Source of the DNA: Ignavibacteriota bacterium
GTDB lineage: Bacteria > Bacteroidota > Ignavibacteria > UBA10030 > UBA6906
Length of the DNA: 64,000 bases
Direction: 5' to 3'
Assembly (NCBI GenBank): GCA_963801355.1
Contig: CAWDEM010000004.1
Coordinates: forward strand, 1-64,000
Of this stretch, positions 1 to 8,938 are shown piece after piece. Below the pieces are notes generated by a model. The model was not told the DNA's origin. It did no database searches and was given only the letters and a program-made list of their open reading frames with translations. The translations under genes and the position numbers were made by a program. How positions within the stretch are numbered: position 1 is the first letter of the stretch; each line of letters starts with the position of its first letter.

Positions 1-2505
1 TTACTTCGCAAGTATCATTTTTTTCGTACTTGCTTTCCCTTCCGCTTCCAGCCTGTAGAGATACACACCCGACGCCAGCTTCGAGGCCTCGAAACTTGTC
101 TTGTACATTCTCCCCGGCTCGGCAAAGCCATCAAACAGTGTCGCGATTTTTTGCCCGAGCAAGTTGCAGACTGTCACGGTTGCCTTTCCGCTCCTCGTGA
201 CAGAGAAGGATATTGTCGTCCTCGGGTTAAACGGGTTCGGATAGTTCTGAGCCAGTGCATAGACCGGCGAGATGGTACCCACCAGCTCTACATCAGACAC
301 GCGCTTTCCAAAGAGCACAGCAACAGAGTCAATCCGAAAACCTCCTGTCGATGTGTGCGCGAATCGCAGAGAGTTCTCACCGTCTTTCCAGGCTGTCGCG
401 GACATCCGCATCATGAACTCCGTCAACACATTGTCGCGAGCAGGAGCGGCAATCGAACCGAACAGGATAAGGGAGTCCACTCCATTGACATACAACATTC
501 CTTCACTGGCACCATCTGCATCGTACACCCTCATGCTGATATAGGCCGAGTCCATCCCTGCAGCCTTAGCCACAGTGACTGCAATTGTGTTCTCTTCGGG
601 GGGCGATCCCTGTAGGTTGACCGGGAATGGACTCCCGGTCTTATTCACAAGCGTCGAGAAGGACCAGATTGGGCTGAAGGGACCCCAACCAGCAAGATTC
701 CCTCCGCGTACACGCCAATAGTACGGCGTGTTATTGCGAAGGTTGCGAACCACTTTCGTGCAGCTCATCACCGCGGAATCGACAGACGTGGAAGAGACAA
801 ACAAGGAATCCGTTGAGATTTCAAACCAGTCCCACGAGGAAGGGGAGTTACTCCAAACACACTTGACGGTATCGCTTGAAACGCTCGCATTGTTGACGGG
901 CGCTATCAGCGGAATCATTCCGGGAACCAACCCGGTCGTAGCAACCTGCACCGACGCCTGCGATGTCACCGGTCCACCCGGTCCGTTCAGCGTGAGGGTA
1001 AATACCGTCGAGGCGTTCACCTGCACGCTGCGCGAACCGCTCGTCGCAACGCTCCCGATTCCCTGATCAATACTTGCGGACGTCGCGTTCTGCGACGACC
1101 AACTCAACATCACACTTCCCCCCCCGGCCGGAAGACTCACCGGATTTGTGCTCAGCGATCCGGTCACAGTTGACGGAACAACGCTCGAACCATTAGCGAT
1201 TAGGATGAAGGCACCGAACTCATTGCTCGTGTGCGCCGGCAGGGAACTCCCGGGACGATTGACCGGTATGGACCGCGGGGTAGCAATAGGATCACTGGAA
1301 CCGGGCATTCTCACAGCGATTGCCCCACCGCCGTAGGTCCCCGTGTCCACAGGAGCTCCAAAGAAATTCTGCACGTCTCTGATTTCATACCGGTCCCCTA
1401 CGCTCAAAACACCCACAGGCAGAGGTACGGTGACGGAGGATGCTCCACTTCCATTGAAAACTATAATGTTTGCCCGACGAGGCTCGTATTGATCAGCATA
1501 TTTGTTCGGGCGGACGAACACCTGGTTGCCAGTTGTGGTAACAACATTGCCGCTCTTTGCCCGGTACGTGTTCCCGGCATTCTCAGTGACCCCCCCCCGA
1601 AAGAAATAATTGTTCGTCAGGGTCGCATTCTCCACCCCATCACCGTTATAACCGAGCCACAGATCCGCTCGATAAAAGAAATTCGATGACCATTCGGGAT
1701 TTAGATTCTTCCCCGATCCTACTTCAAAGTTTCCATACAGCGCAATCACATTTTTGTTGTCATAAAGCGTATGTCCAAAAACCGTATTCCCAGTGAACGT
1801 TATGTCATCCAGTCTTGCAGTTGATGACCCTGCCATGTGCACCTGAAAAATACCGAAATTGTTAAAGAAGAAACTCTCCATGATGAACTTCTTGCTGGGC
1901 GCGGCGTTCTGTCCGTAGACCCCGTATCCGTTTCGATGCAGGGGGTCGTCTTCCCGTCCGTTGTAATACGCAAGGCATCCATAGATTTCTGCGTTCGTGG
2001 CGCCCGAGTAAGGATTCAGTGCCGTCGCACCTTCGTCGTGAATCACCAAATTGATCAGCTTCGTCCCTTCGCTTGCACCTAAGTTGATACCGGCCTCACC
2101 ACGAGGGGGATTGGGATTCGACGACCTGACCTCAAAACCCCAGAACCATGTATACGCACCATTAATCCACAGGGCGATCTCGTTCGTGCCCCCGTTATCG
2201 ATGATCGCCCACTCCCCAGGATACGAACGCACAATAATCGGTGCGTTTGCCGTACCCTGCAGATAACTCCCATACAACCCGGAGTACGTACCACCGTGCA
2301 GCCAGAGCGTATCCCCAGGATGTACTACGGCAGGATGACTCAACGCTGTCCTGAGATCCCACGGACTCGATGAACTCCCGCTACCTGTGGCGGAGCCATT
2401 CGGCCGTATATGATACTGAGCCGCAATGACAGGTGTGGCAAGAAAAATACAGAGAGGGATTATAATGGGCTTTACACGTTTGAGTCGGATGAGTAAGTCT
2501 CGCAT
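1..2505 (-). CDS. Secreted right-handed beta-helix (pectate-lyase-like) protein with Ig-like, FN3-like and T9SS C-terminal domains, copy 1
   Basis: 834 aa ORF. Signal peptide ending VIAAQ; GDTLWLHGGTY...GTANAPIIVRSY motif typical of beta-helix N-termini; Asn/Gly-rich coils; FN3-like YYWRVRG; tail LAQNYPNPFNP...YLYRL...KKMILAK. Confidence 0.8.
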   Translation of the reverse strand: MRDLLIRLKRVKPIIIPLCIFLATPVIAAQYHIRPNGSATGSGSSSSPWDLRTALSHPAVVHPGDTLWLHGGTYSGLYGSYLQGTANAPIIVRSYPGEWAIIDNGGTNEIALWINGAYTWFWGFEVRSSNPNPPRGEAGINLGASEGTKLINLVIHDEGATALNPYSGATNAEIYGCLAYYNGREDDPLHRNGYGVYGQNAAPSKKFIMESFFFNNFGIFQVHMAGSSTARLDDITFTGNTVFGHTLYDNKNVIALYGNFEVGSGKNLNPEWSSNFFYRADLWLGYNGDGVENATLTNNYFFRGGVTENAGNTYRAKSGNVVTTTGNQVFVRPNKYADQYEPRRANIIVFNGSGASSVTVPLPVGVLSVGDRYEIRDVQNFFGAPVDTGTYGGGAIAVRMPGSSDPIATPRSIPVNRPGSSLPAHTSNEFGAFILIANGSSVVPSTVTGSLSTNPVSLPAGGGSVMLSWSSQNATSASIDQGIGSVATSGSRSVQVNASTVFTLTLNGPGGPVTSQASVQVATTGLVPGMIPLIAPVNNASVSSDTVKCVWSNSPSSWDWFEISTDSLFVSSTSVDSAVMSCTKVVRNLRNNTPYYWRVRGGNLAGWGPFSPIWSFSTLVNKTGSPFPVNLQGSPPEENTIAVTVAKAAGMDSAYISMRVYDADGASEGMLYVNGVDSLILFGSIAAPARDNVLTEFMMRMSATAWKDGENSLRFAHTSTGGFRIDSVAVLFGKRVSDVELVGTISPVYALAQNYPNPFNPRTTISFSVTRSGKATVTVCNLLGQKIATLFDGFAEPGRMYKTSFEASKLASGVYLYRLEAEGKASTKKMILAK

Positions 2506-2715
2506 TCCGCTCTTCTCCCGAGAAAACGTGAAGGATATACTCGTTTTGTAGATCTTTCACGAATAGTCTCAACCCGCGTGCCACTATAGGTGGTGCCTTT
2601 TGCGGCTTGGATATCACGGGAGGTACTGAGGGAAGATCGAAAAAGCGGAGATCTCCGAAACAAAAGCGGAAACTTCTACAATTTTCACCCTACCGGCGTC
2701 AGAAATCAGACGGAC

Positions 2716-5268
2716 TTACTTCGCAAGTATCATTTTTTTCGTACTTGCTTTCCCTTCCGCTTCCAGCCTGTAGAGATACACACCCGACGCCAGCTTCGAG
2801 GCCTCGAAACTTGTCTTGTACATTCTCCCCGGCTCGGCAAAGCCATCAAACAGTGTCGCGATTTTTTGCCCGAGCAAGTTGCAGACTGTCACGGTTGCCT
2901 TTCCGCTCCTCGTGACAGAGAAGGATATTGTCGTCCTCGGGTTAAACGGGTTCGGATAGTTCTGAGCCAGTGCATAGACCGGCGAGATGGTACCCACCAG
3001 CTCTACATCAGACACGCGCTTTCCAAAGAGCACAGCAACAGAGTCAATCCGAAAACCTCCTGTCGATGTGTGCGCGAATCGCAGAGAGTTCTCACCGTCT
3101 TTCCAGGCTGTCGCGGACATCCGCATCATGAACTCCGTCAACACATTGTCGCGAGCAGGAGCGGCAATCGAACCGAACAGGATAAGGGAGTCCACTCCAT
3201 TGACATACAACATTCCTTCACTGGCACCATCTGCATCGTACACCCTCATGCTGATATAGGCCGAGTCCATCCCTGCAGCCTTAGCCACAGTGACTGCAAT
3301 TGTGTTCTCTTCGGGGGGCGATCCCTGTAGGTTGACCGGGAACGGACTCCCGGTCTTATTCACAAGCGTCGAGAAGGACCAGATTGGGCTGAAGGGACCC
3401 CAACCAGCAAGATTCCCTCCGCGTACACGCCAATAGTACGGCGTGTTATTGCGAAGGTTGCGAACCACTTTCGTGCAGCTCATCACCGCGGAATCGACAG
3501 ACGTGGAAGAGACAAACAAGGAATCCGTTGAGATTTCAAACCAGTCCCACGAGGAAGGGGAGTTACTCCAAACACACTTGACGGTATCGCTTGAAACGCT
3601 CGCATTGTTGACGGGCGCTATCAGCGGAATCATTCCGGGAACCAACCCGGTCGTAGCAACCTGCACCGACGCCTGCGATGTCACCGGTCCACCCGGTCCG
3701 TTCAGCGTGAGGGTAAATACCGTCGAGGCGTTCACCTGCACGCTGCGCGAACCGCTCGTCGCAACGCTCCCGATTCCCTGATCAATACTTGCGGACGTCG
3801 CGTTCTGCGACGACCAACTCAACATCACACTTCCCCCCCCGGCCGGAAGACTCACCGGATTTGTGCTCAGCGATCCGGTCACAGTTGACGGAACAACGCT
3901 CGAACCATTAGCGATTAGGATGAAGGCACCGAACTCATTGCTCGTGTGCGCCGGCAGGGAACTCCCGGGACGATTGACCGGTATGGACCGCGGGGTAGCA
4001 ATAGGATCACTGGAACCGGGCATTCTCACAGCGATTGCCCCACCGCCGTAGGTCCCCGTGTCCACAGGAGCTCCAAAGAAATTCTGCACGTCTCTGATTT
4101 CATACCGGTCCCCTACGCTCAAAACACCCACAGGCAGAGGTACGGTGACGGAGGATGCTCCACTTCCATTGAAAACTATAATGTTTGCCCGACGAGGCTC
4201 GTATTGATCAGCATATTTGTTCGGGCGGACGAACACCTGGTTGCCAGTTGTGGTAACAACATTGCCGCTCTTTGCCCGGTACGTGTTCCCGGCATTCTCA
4301 GTGACCCCCCCCCGAAAGAAATAATTGTTCGTCAGGGTCGCATTCTCCACCCCATCACCGTTATAACCGAGCCACAGATCCGCTCGATAAAAGAAATTCG
4401 ATGACCATTCGGGATTTAGATTCTTCCCCGATCCTACTTCAAAGTTTCCATACAGCGCAATCACATTTTTGTTGTCATAAAGCGTATGTCCAAAAACCGT
4501 ATTCCCAGTGAACGTTATGTCATCCAGTCTTGTAGTTGATGACCCTGCCATGTGCACCTGAAAAATACCGAAATTGTTAAAGAAGAAACTCTCCATGATG
4601 AACTTCTTGCTGGGCGCGGCGTTCTGTCCGTAGACCCCGTATCCGTTTCGATGCAGGGGGTCGTCTTCCCGTCCGTTGTAATACGCAAGGCATCCATAGA
4701 TTTCTGCGTTCGTGGCGCCCGAGTAAGGATTCAGTGCCGTCGCACCTTCGTCGTGAATCACCAAATTGATCAGCTTCGTCCCTTCGCTCGCACCTAAGTT
4801 GATACCGGCCTCACCACGAGGGGGATTGGGATTCGACGACCTGACCTCAAAACCCCAGAACCATGTATACGCACCATTAATCCACAGGGCGATCTCGTTC
4901 GTGCCCCCGTTATCGATGATCGCCCACTCCCCAGGATACGAACGCACAATAATCGGTGCGTTTGCCGTACCCTTCAGATAACTCCCATACAACCCGGAGT
5001 ACGTACCACCGTGCAGCCAGAGCGTATCCCCAGGATGTACTACGGCAGGATGACTCAACGCTGTCCTGAGATCCCACGGACTCGATGAACTCCCGCTACC
5101 TGTGGCGGAGCCATCCGGCCGTATATGATACTGAGCCGCAATGACATACCCGCTTGACAACATCAAGCCTATCAGAACAAAAAAGAATGCAGGAACAACA
5201 GACTTTCCACGGGGTGGCTTCATAAAGAGACCGATGCGCCTTTCTGAACAGTAGCTAGAGATCACCAT
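2716..5268 (-). CDS. Secreted beta-helix/FN3/T9SS-CTD protein, copy 2
   Basis: 850 aa ORF. 2716-5146 matches 1-2431 at offset 2715 (5 substitutions seen). Unrelated signal peptide; true start may be the MKPP Met. Confidence 0.8.
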   Translation of the reverse strand: MVISSYCSERRIGLFMKPPRGKSVVPAFFFVLIGLMLSSGYVIAAQYHIRPDGSATGSGSSSSPWDLRTALSHPAVVHPGDTLWLHGGTYSGLYGSYLKGTANAPIIVRSYPGEWAIIDNGGTNEIALWINGAYTWFWGFEVRSSNPNPPRGEAGINLGASEGTKLINLVIHDEGATALNPYSGATNAEIYGCLAYYNGREDDPLHRNGYGVYGQNAAPSKKFIMESFFFNNFGIFQVHMAGSSTTRLDDITFTGNTVFGHTLYDNKNVIALYGNFEVGSGKNLNPEWSSNFFYRADLWLGYNGDGVENATLTNNYFFRGGVTENAGNTYRAKSGNVVTTTGNQVFVRPNKYADQYEPRRANIIVFNGSGASSVTVPLPVGVLSVGDRYEIRDVQNFFGAPVDTGTYGGGAIAVRMPGSSDPIATPRSIPVNRPGSSLPAHTSNEFGAFILIANGSSVVPSTVTGSLSTNPVSLPAGGGSVMLSWSSQNATSASIDQGIGSVATSGSRSVQVNASTVFTLTLNGPGGPVTSQASVQVATTGLVPGMIPLIAPVNNASVSSDTVKCVWSNSPSSWDWFEISTDSLFVSSTSVDSAVMSCTKVVRNLRNNTPYYWRVRGGNLAGWGPFSPIWSFSTLVNKTGSPFPVNLQGSPPEENTIAVTVAKAAGMDSAYISMRVYDADGASEGMLYVNGVDSLILFGSIAAPARDNVLTEFMMRMSATAWKDGENSLRFAHTSTGGFRIDSVAVLFGKRVSDVELVGTISPVYALAQNYPNPFNPRTTISFSVTRSGKATVTVCNLLGQKIATLFDGFAEPGRMYKTSFEASKLASGVYLYRLEAEGKASTKKMILAK

Positions 5269-5429
5269 GTTGCAACGCCCTCCTCACGTCTCTCTCTTCA
5301 AAAAAAACCGGCTCATCAGTTACATGCAGTAGTTTACGCGCTGGTATGAACGATATTGCGGCTAATCAATCGGGTTTGTTGTACCTGATGGGAATTAACT
5401 ATGTATTGTACATCTTTTCGTAGTATTTG

Positions 5430-6818
5430 TCAATATGCGCCTCGCATTCCTCTACCATTAGCGATTAGGATGAAGGCACCGAACTCATTGCTCGTGTGCG
5501 CCGGCAGGGAACTCCCGGGACGATTGACCGGTATGGACCGCGGGGTAGCAATAGGATCACTGGAACCGGGCATTCTCACAGCGATTGCCCCACCGCCGTA
5601 GGTCCCCGTGTCCACAGGAGCTCCAAAGAAATCCTGCACATCTCTGATCTGATATCGGTCCCCTATCTTCAAAACACCCACAGGCAGAGGCACGGTGACG
5701 GAGGATGCTCCACTTCCATTGAAAACTATGATGTTGGCCCGACGAGGCTCGTATTGATCAGCATATTTGTTCGGACGGACGAACACCTCGTTGCCCGTTG
5801 TGGTAACAACATTGCCGCTCTTTGCCCGGTACGTGTTCCCGGCATTCTCAGTGACCCCCCCCCGAAAGAAATAATTGTTCGTCAGGGTCGCATTCTCCAC
5901 CCCATCACCGTTATAACCGAGCCACAGATCCGCTCGATAAAAGAAATTCGATGACCATTCGGGATTTAGATTCTTCCCCGATCCTACTTCAAAGTTTCCA
6001 TACAGCGCAATCACATTTTTGTTGTCATAAAGCGTATGTCCAAAAACCGTATTCCCAGTGAACGTTATGTCATCCAGTCTTGCAGTTGATGACCCTGCCA
6101 TGTGCACCTGAAAAATACCGAAATTGTTAAAGAAGAAACTCTCCATGATGAACTTCTTGCTGGGCGCGGCGTTCTGTCCGTAGACCCCGTATCCGTTTCG
6201 ATGCAGGGGGTCGTCTTCCCGTCCGTTGTAATACGCAAGGCATCCATAGATTTCTGCGTTCGTGGCGCCCGAGTAAGGATTCAGTGCCGTCGCACCTTCG
6301 TCGTGAATCACCAAATTGATCAGCTTCGTCCCTTCGCTTGCACCTAAGTTGATACCGGCCTCACCACGAGGGGGATTGGGATTCGACGACCTGACCTCAA
6401 AACCCCAGAACCATGTATACGCACCATTAATCCACAGGGCGATCTCGTTCGTGCCCCCGTTATCGATGATCGCCCACTCCCCAGGATACGAACGCACAAT
6501 AATCGGTGCGTTTGCCGTACCCTTCAGATAACTCCCATACAACCCGGAGTACGTACCACCGTGCAGCCAGAGCGTATCCCCAGGATGTACTACGGCAGGA
6601 TGACTCAACGCTGTCCTGAGATCCCACGGACTCGATGAACTCCCGCTACCTGTGGCGGAGCCATTCGGCGCTACGTGAAACCGTGCGCTACTTGCAGCCG
6701 TCGCCGATGCCATAATGCACAACGAGGTTACGAGCCCGATCATCACTCCACGCGCGAACAATCTAGCATCCTCTCTTGCTCCCACGTTCTCGAAATATGC
6801 ACACAGTTTTTCCCGCAT
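5430..6818 (-). CDS. Beta-helix protein, copy 3 (beta-helix domain only; no FN3 or T9SS tail)
   Basis: 462 aa ORF. 5454-6669 matches 1189-2404 at offset 4265. Own signal peptide; ends IANGRGMRGAY; start overlaps the stop of the upstream gene. Confidence 0.8.
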   Translation of the reverse strand: MREKLCAYFENVGAREDARLFARGVMIGLVTSLCIMASATAASSARFHVAPNGSATGSGSSSSPWDLRTALSHPAVVHPGDTLWLHGGTYSGLYGSYLKGTANAPIIVRSYPGEWAIIDNGGTNEIALWINGAYTWFWGFEVRSSNPNPPRGEAGINLGASEGTKLINLVIHDEGATALNPYSGATNAEIYGCLAYYNGREDDPLHRNGYGVYGQNAAPSKKFIMESFFFNNFGIFQVHMAGSSTARLDDITFTGNTVFGHTLYDNKNVIALYGNFEVGSGKNLNPEWSSNFFYRADLWLGYNGDGVENATLTNNYFFRGGVTENAGNTYRAKSGNVVTTTGNEVFVRPNKYADQYEPRRANIIVFNGSGASSVTVPLPVGVLKIGDRYQIRDVQDFFGAPVDTGTYGGGAIAVRMPGSSDPIATPRSIPVNRPGSSLPAHTSNEFGAFILIANGRGMRGAY

Positions 6819-7663
6819 TATCGGTTCCCTTCCATGGCAGTTTCCGCCAGCGTGCGCAGCAGTTCCCTTGCCGCAATGGTACGCCCCAACTCATTGAGGT
6901 GACCACCATCTCGCGTATAGTCGCTCACCAGGCTGAACGTCTGATTCCCATTTGATTCAAAGCTGTTTCTGCTCCCGTCTGGATACGTGGATTCAATCCT
7001 TGCCAGATCAAAAATTGGTTCACCATTGAAATACTCCACCAGCCTACTGTTGAACGCTGTTCTCCTGATGCTTGAAATCTCCCACACGTCACTCCGCCCT
7101 AGAATCCGTTTCGCCAATCTTCTCCATAGGCTGGTTCGTTCTGTTAATGGAACAGTCACATGAACGAATCTGACGCGCGGGCATTTACGTTTTAGGCTCT
7201 CAATTGTCCCGACGTAGTATCTGAACATCTCGTCCACATCTGTGCGATCTTTGATATCAACATAACAGAATTTCAGCAGTGCAATATCAAGCGAATCAAC
7301 GTTCAGCTTTTCCACCACTTCGCTGAAAGCGTCACACTTTGAATTTGGGTCCGAATTTCTGCCAACAAGTGCATCAATGAAGTAACTGCCCGCAGGGAAC
7401 GACCCATTTTCCAAAGGAACGAGATTGAGCCGCGAGCCCTTTGTTGCATGTTGTAGCTCGTTTACTCCTTGCATTATGTCCATACCAACAGATTGATGAC
7501 CGAAGAAGATGCGTTTCCCCGCAACAAGTTCAAGGTGGTTTCTCAGTTTCTCATCACTCATCAGCGAATCCATGTTTGTTTTTCTTTCTGAGCATGACAC
7601 AAGTGCCAGCGTGATGACGAGTGCTGCGCACTTCGCGCTCCATCTATTCGACATGGGCCTCAT
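6818..7663 (-). CDS. Putative SGNH-hydrolase-like lipoprotein
   Basis: Lipobox-like LVSC; IFFGHQSVG (nucleophile block), LKFCYVD and C-terminal DGGHLN (DxxH) motifs. Start taken at MRPMSN. Confidence 0.55.
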   Translation of the reverse strand: MRPMSNRWSAKCAALVITLALVSCSERKTNMDSLMSDEKLRNHLELVAGKRIFFGHQSVGMDIMQGVNELQHATKGSRLNLVPLENGSFPAGSYFIDALVGRNSDPNSKCDAFSEVVEKLNVDSLDIALLKFCYVDIKDRTDVDEMFRYYVGTIESLKRKCPRVRFVHVTVPLTERTSLWRRLAKRILGRSDVWEISSIRRTAFNSRLVEYFNGEPIFDLARIESTYPDGSRNSFESNGNQTFSLVSDYTRDGGHLNELGRTIAARELLRTLAETAMEGNR

Positions 7664-7789
7664 CTTTTGTCCTTCGACTTGTCTAGAATAGAACTCCGGG
7701 AAGTTGTACATTCTATAGTTGTTTTTCCTTCCCGTGGAAGTTATCTTAGTCGCAGGTATTATGCCTTCGTCTCAAATAAGGACTTCCTC

Positions 7790-8359
7790 ATGGTGAAGCA
7801 AGATTTCTTGAGAGTCTATGACATGTCAAACGGCACTCTTCTGAGGAGGTTGCTCACATGCTATCGGACTCCAGGCCTCCATGGTGTCGTTATCTATCGA
7901 TTTGGACACTGGTTGTTGCGCCAGTCGCTACCGGTAAAGATCTTTATGAAGCCAGTGTATCTATTTCTGAATCACAGGATGATGACAAAATGGGGGATTC
8001 AGATCTCTGCCGAATCACAAATTGGAGAGGGGTTCGTTATCTTTCATTACGGGGGTATCTTCGTTGGAGAAGACACGGTAATTGGCAAAAACGTGAGTAT
8101 CTCTCACAACGTGACTATCGGCCGATCCGGCGAAGGCAAACTTCGCGGTGTGCCAATAATTGGCGACAATGTGTACATCGCACCCGGAGCGAATGTGTCC
8201 GGAAAGATCAGATTAGGCAACAATGTGAAAATTGGAGCGAATGCCGTTGTCCACCGGGACATTTCCGACAATACCTTGGTTCATGTTCCCCGAATGCAGA
8301 TCGTCGCATTCCCATCGACCTATAGCCAGGGTGATTCCACACCCGGAAGCCGAGGATAA
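7790..8359 (+). CDS. Serine O-acetyltransferase-like left-handed beta-helix acetyltransferase (CysE/WcaB family)
   Basis: Hexapeptide repeats IGEGFVIFH, VIGKNVSISHNVTIG, PIIGDNVYIAPGA, LGNNVKIGANAVV; located in an EPS locus. Confidence 0.85.
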   Translation: MVKQDFLRVYDMSNGTLLRRLLTCYRTPGLHGVVIYRFGHWLLRQSLPVKIFMKPVYLFLNHRMMTKWGIQISAESQIGEGFVIFHYGGIFVGEDTVIGKNVSISHNVTIGRSGEGKLRGVPIIGDNVYIAPGANVSGKIRLGNNVKIGANAVVHRDISDNTLVHVPRMQIVAFPSTYSQGDSTPGSRG

Positions 8360-8410
8360 ACTTCAAGTCTGTCATTTCCGGAAGTAAGTTCCATTGACTA
8401 TCCGGGTTGT

Positions 8411-8938
8411 TTACCGCTGCCGGTCTACGATTGTGAAATACGTAGTGGCAAGTATGGCTCCCGTTGTGACCCAACTCAGAATTCGATCCATATTGACACC
8501 GGATTTCGTGCCGACATAGATGAAATCTTCATGTTCCAAAGTCAGGTAACTGCGTGAGAGATTTTGAATATCACTGAAATCCAACTTCAGCTTCCTTGGC
8601 TCGCCCGTTTTTCCGCCTCCTGCCCCACGATTAATCTGCACATCTTCAAGGTCCGCCATCTCCGTCCACCCGCCGGCGAGAGCAAAGAGGCTCAGCAGGT
8701 CGATTGACCGGGATATTTCGTAACGTCCAGGTTGTCGGACGGCACCTATGAGGTTCACAATGATGGTCAGCTCGCCTGCATCTGCAAATCGATAATTCGC
8801 GACTTTTTCCCCTTGCATCTGCTGTGTTCCGAGATCGAGTTGCCCGTATACAGTGGAAACGGAGCTGAGCAGGACGAGAGCGCTACCGATGGCAATGACC
8901 CGGCTATTCAGCCGTTTGGGTCGCCGCGTCTTTTCCAT
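8411..8938 (-). CDS. SLBB-domain polysaccharide export-associated protein (Wza-like)
   Basis: Signal peptide; VNLIGAVRQPGRYEI...LLSLFALAGG SLBB motif; overlaps the end of wzc. Confidence 0.75.
   Translation of the reverse strand: MEKTRRPKRLNSRVIAIGSALVLLSSVSTVYGQLDLGTQQMQGEKVANYRFADAGELTIIVNLIGAVRQPGRYEISRSIDLLSLFALAGGWTEMADLEDVQINRGAGGGKTGEPRKLKLDFSDIQNLSRSYLTLEHEDFIYVGTKSGVNMDRILSWVTTGAILATTYFTIVDRQR

Larger units (their letters stand above)
1..6669. repeat. Three tandem near-identical gene-sized direct repeats (1-2431, 2716-5146, 5454-6669)
   Basis: Direct sequence comparison; antisense ORF translations also repeat at offsets 2715 and 4265. Confidence 0.95.

Noticed and set aside
151-6531. 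Repeated plus-strand ORFs (e.g. 2590-3330, 1231-1689)
   Set aside because: Antisense shadows of the duplicated minus-strand genes, with no recognisable motifs.
1-6669. Diversity-generating retroelement template/variable repeat pair among the beta-helix copies
   Set aside because: The five differences each involve a coding-strand A but are not polarised to one copy, are spread over 2.4 kb, and no reverse transcriptase is present in the window.
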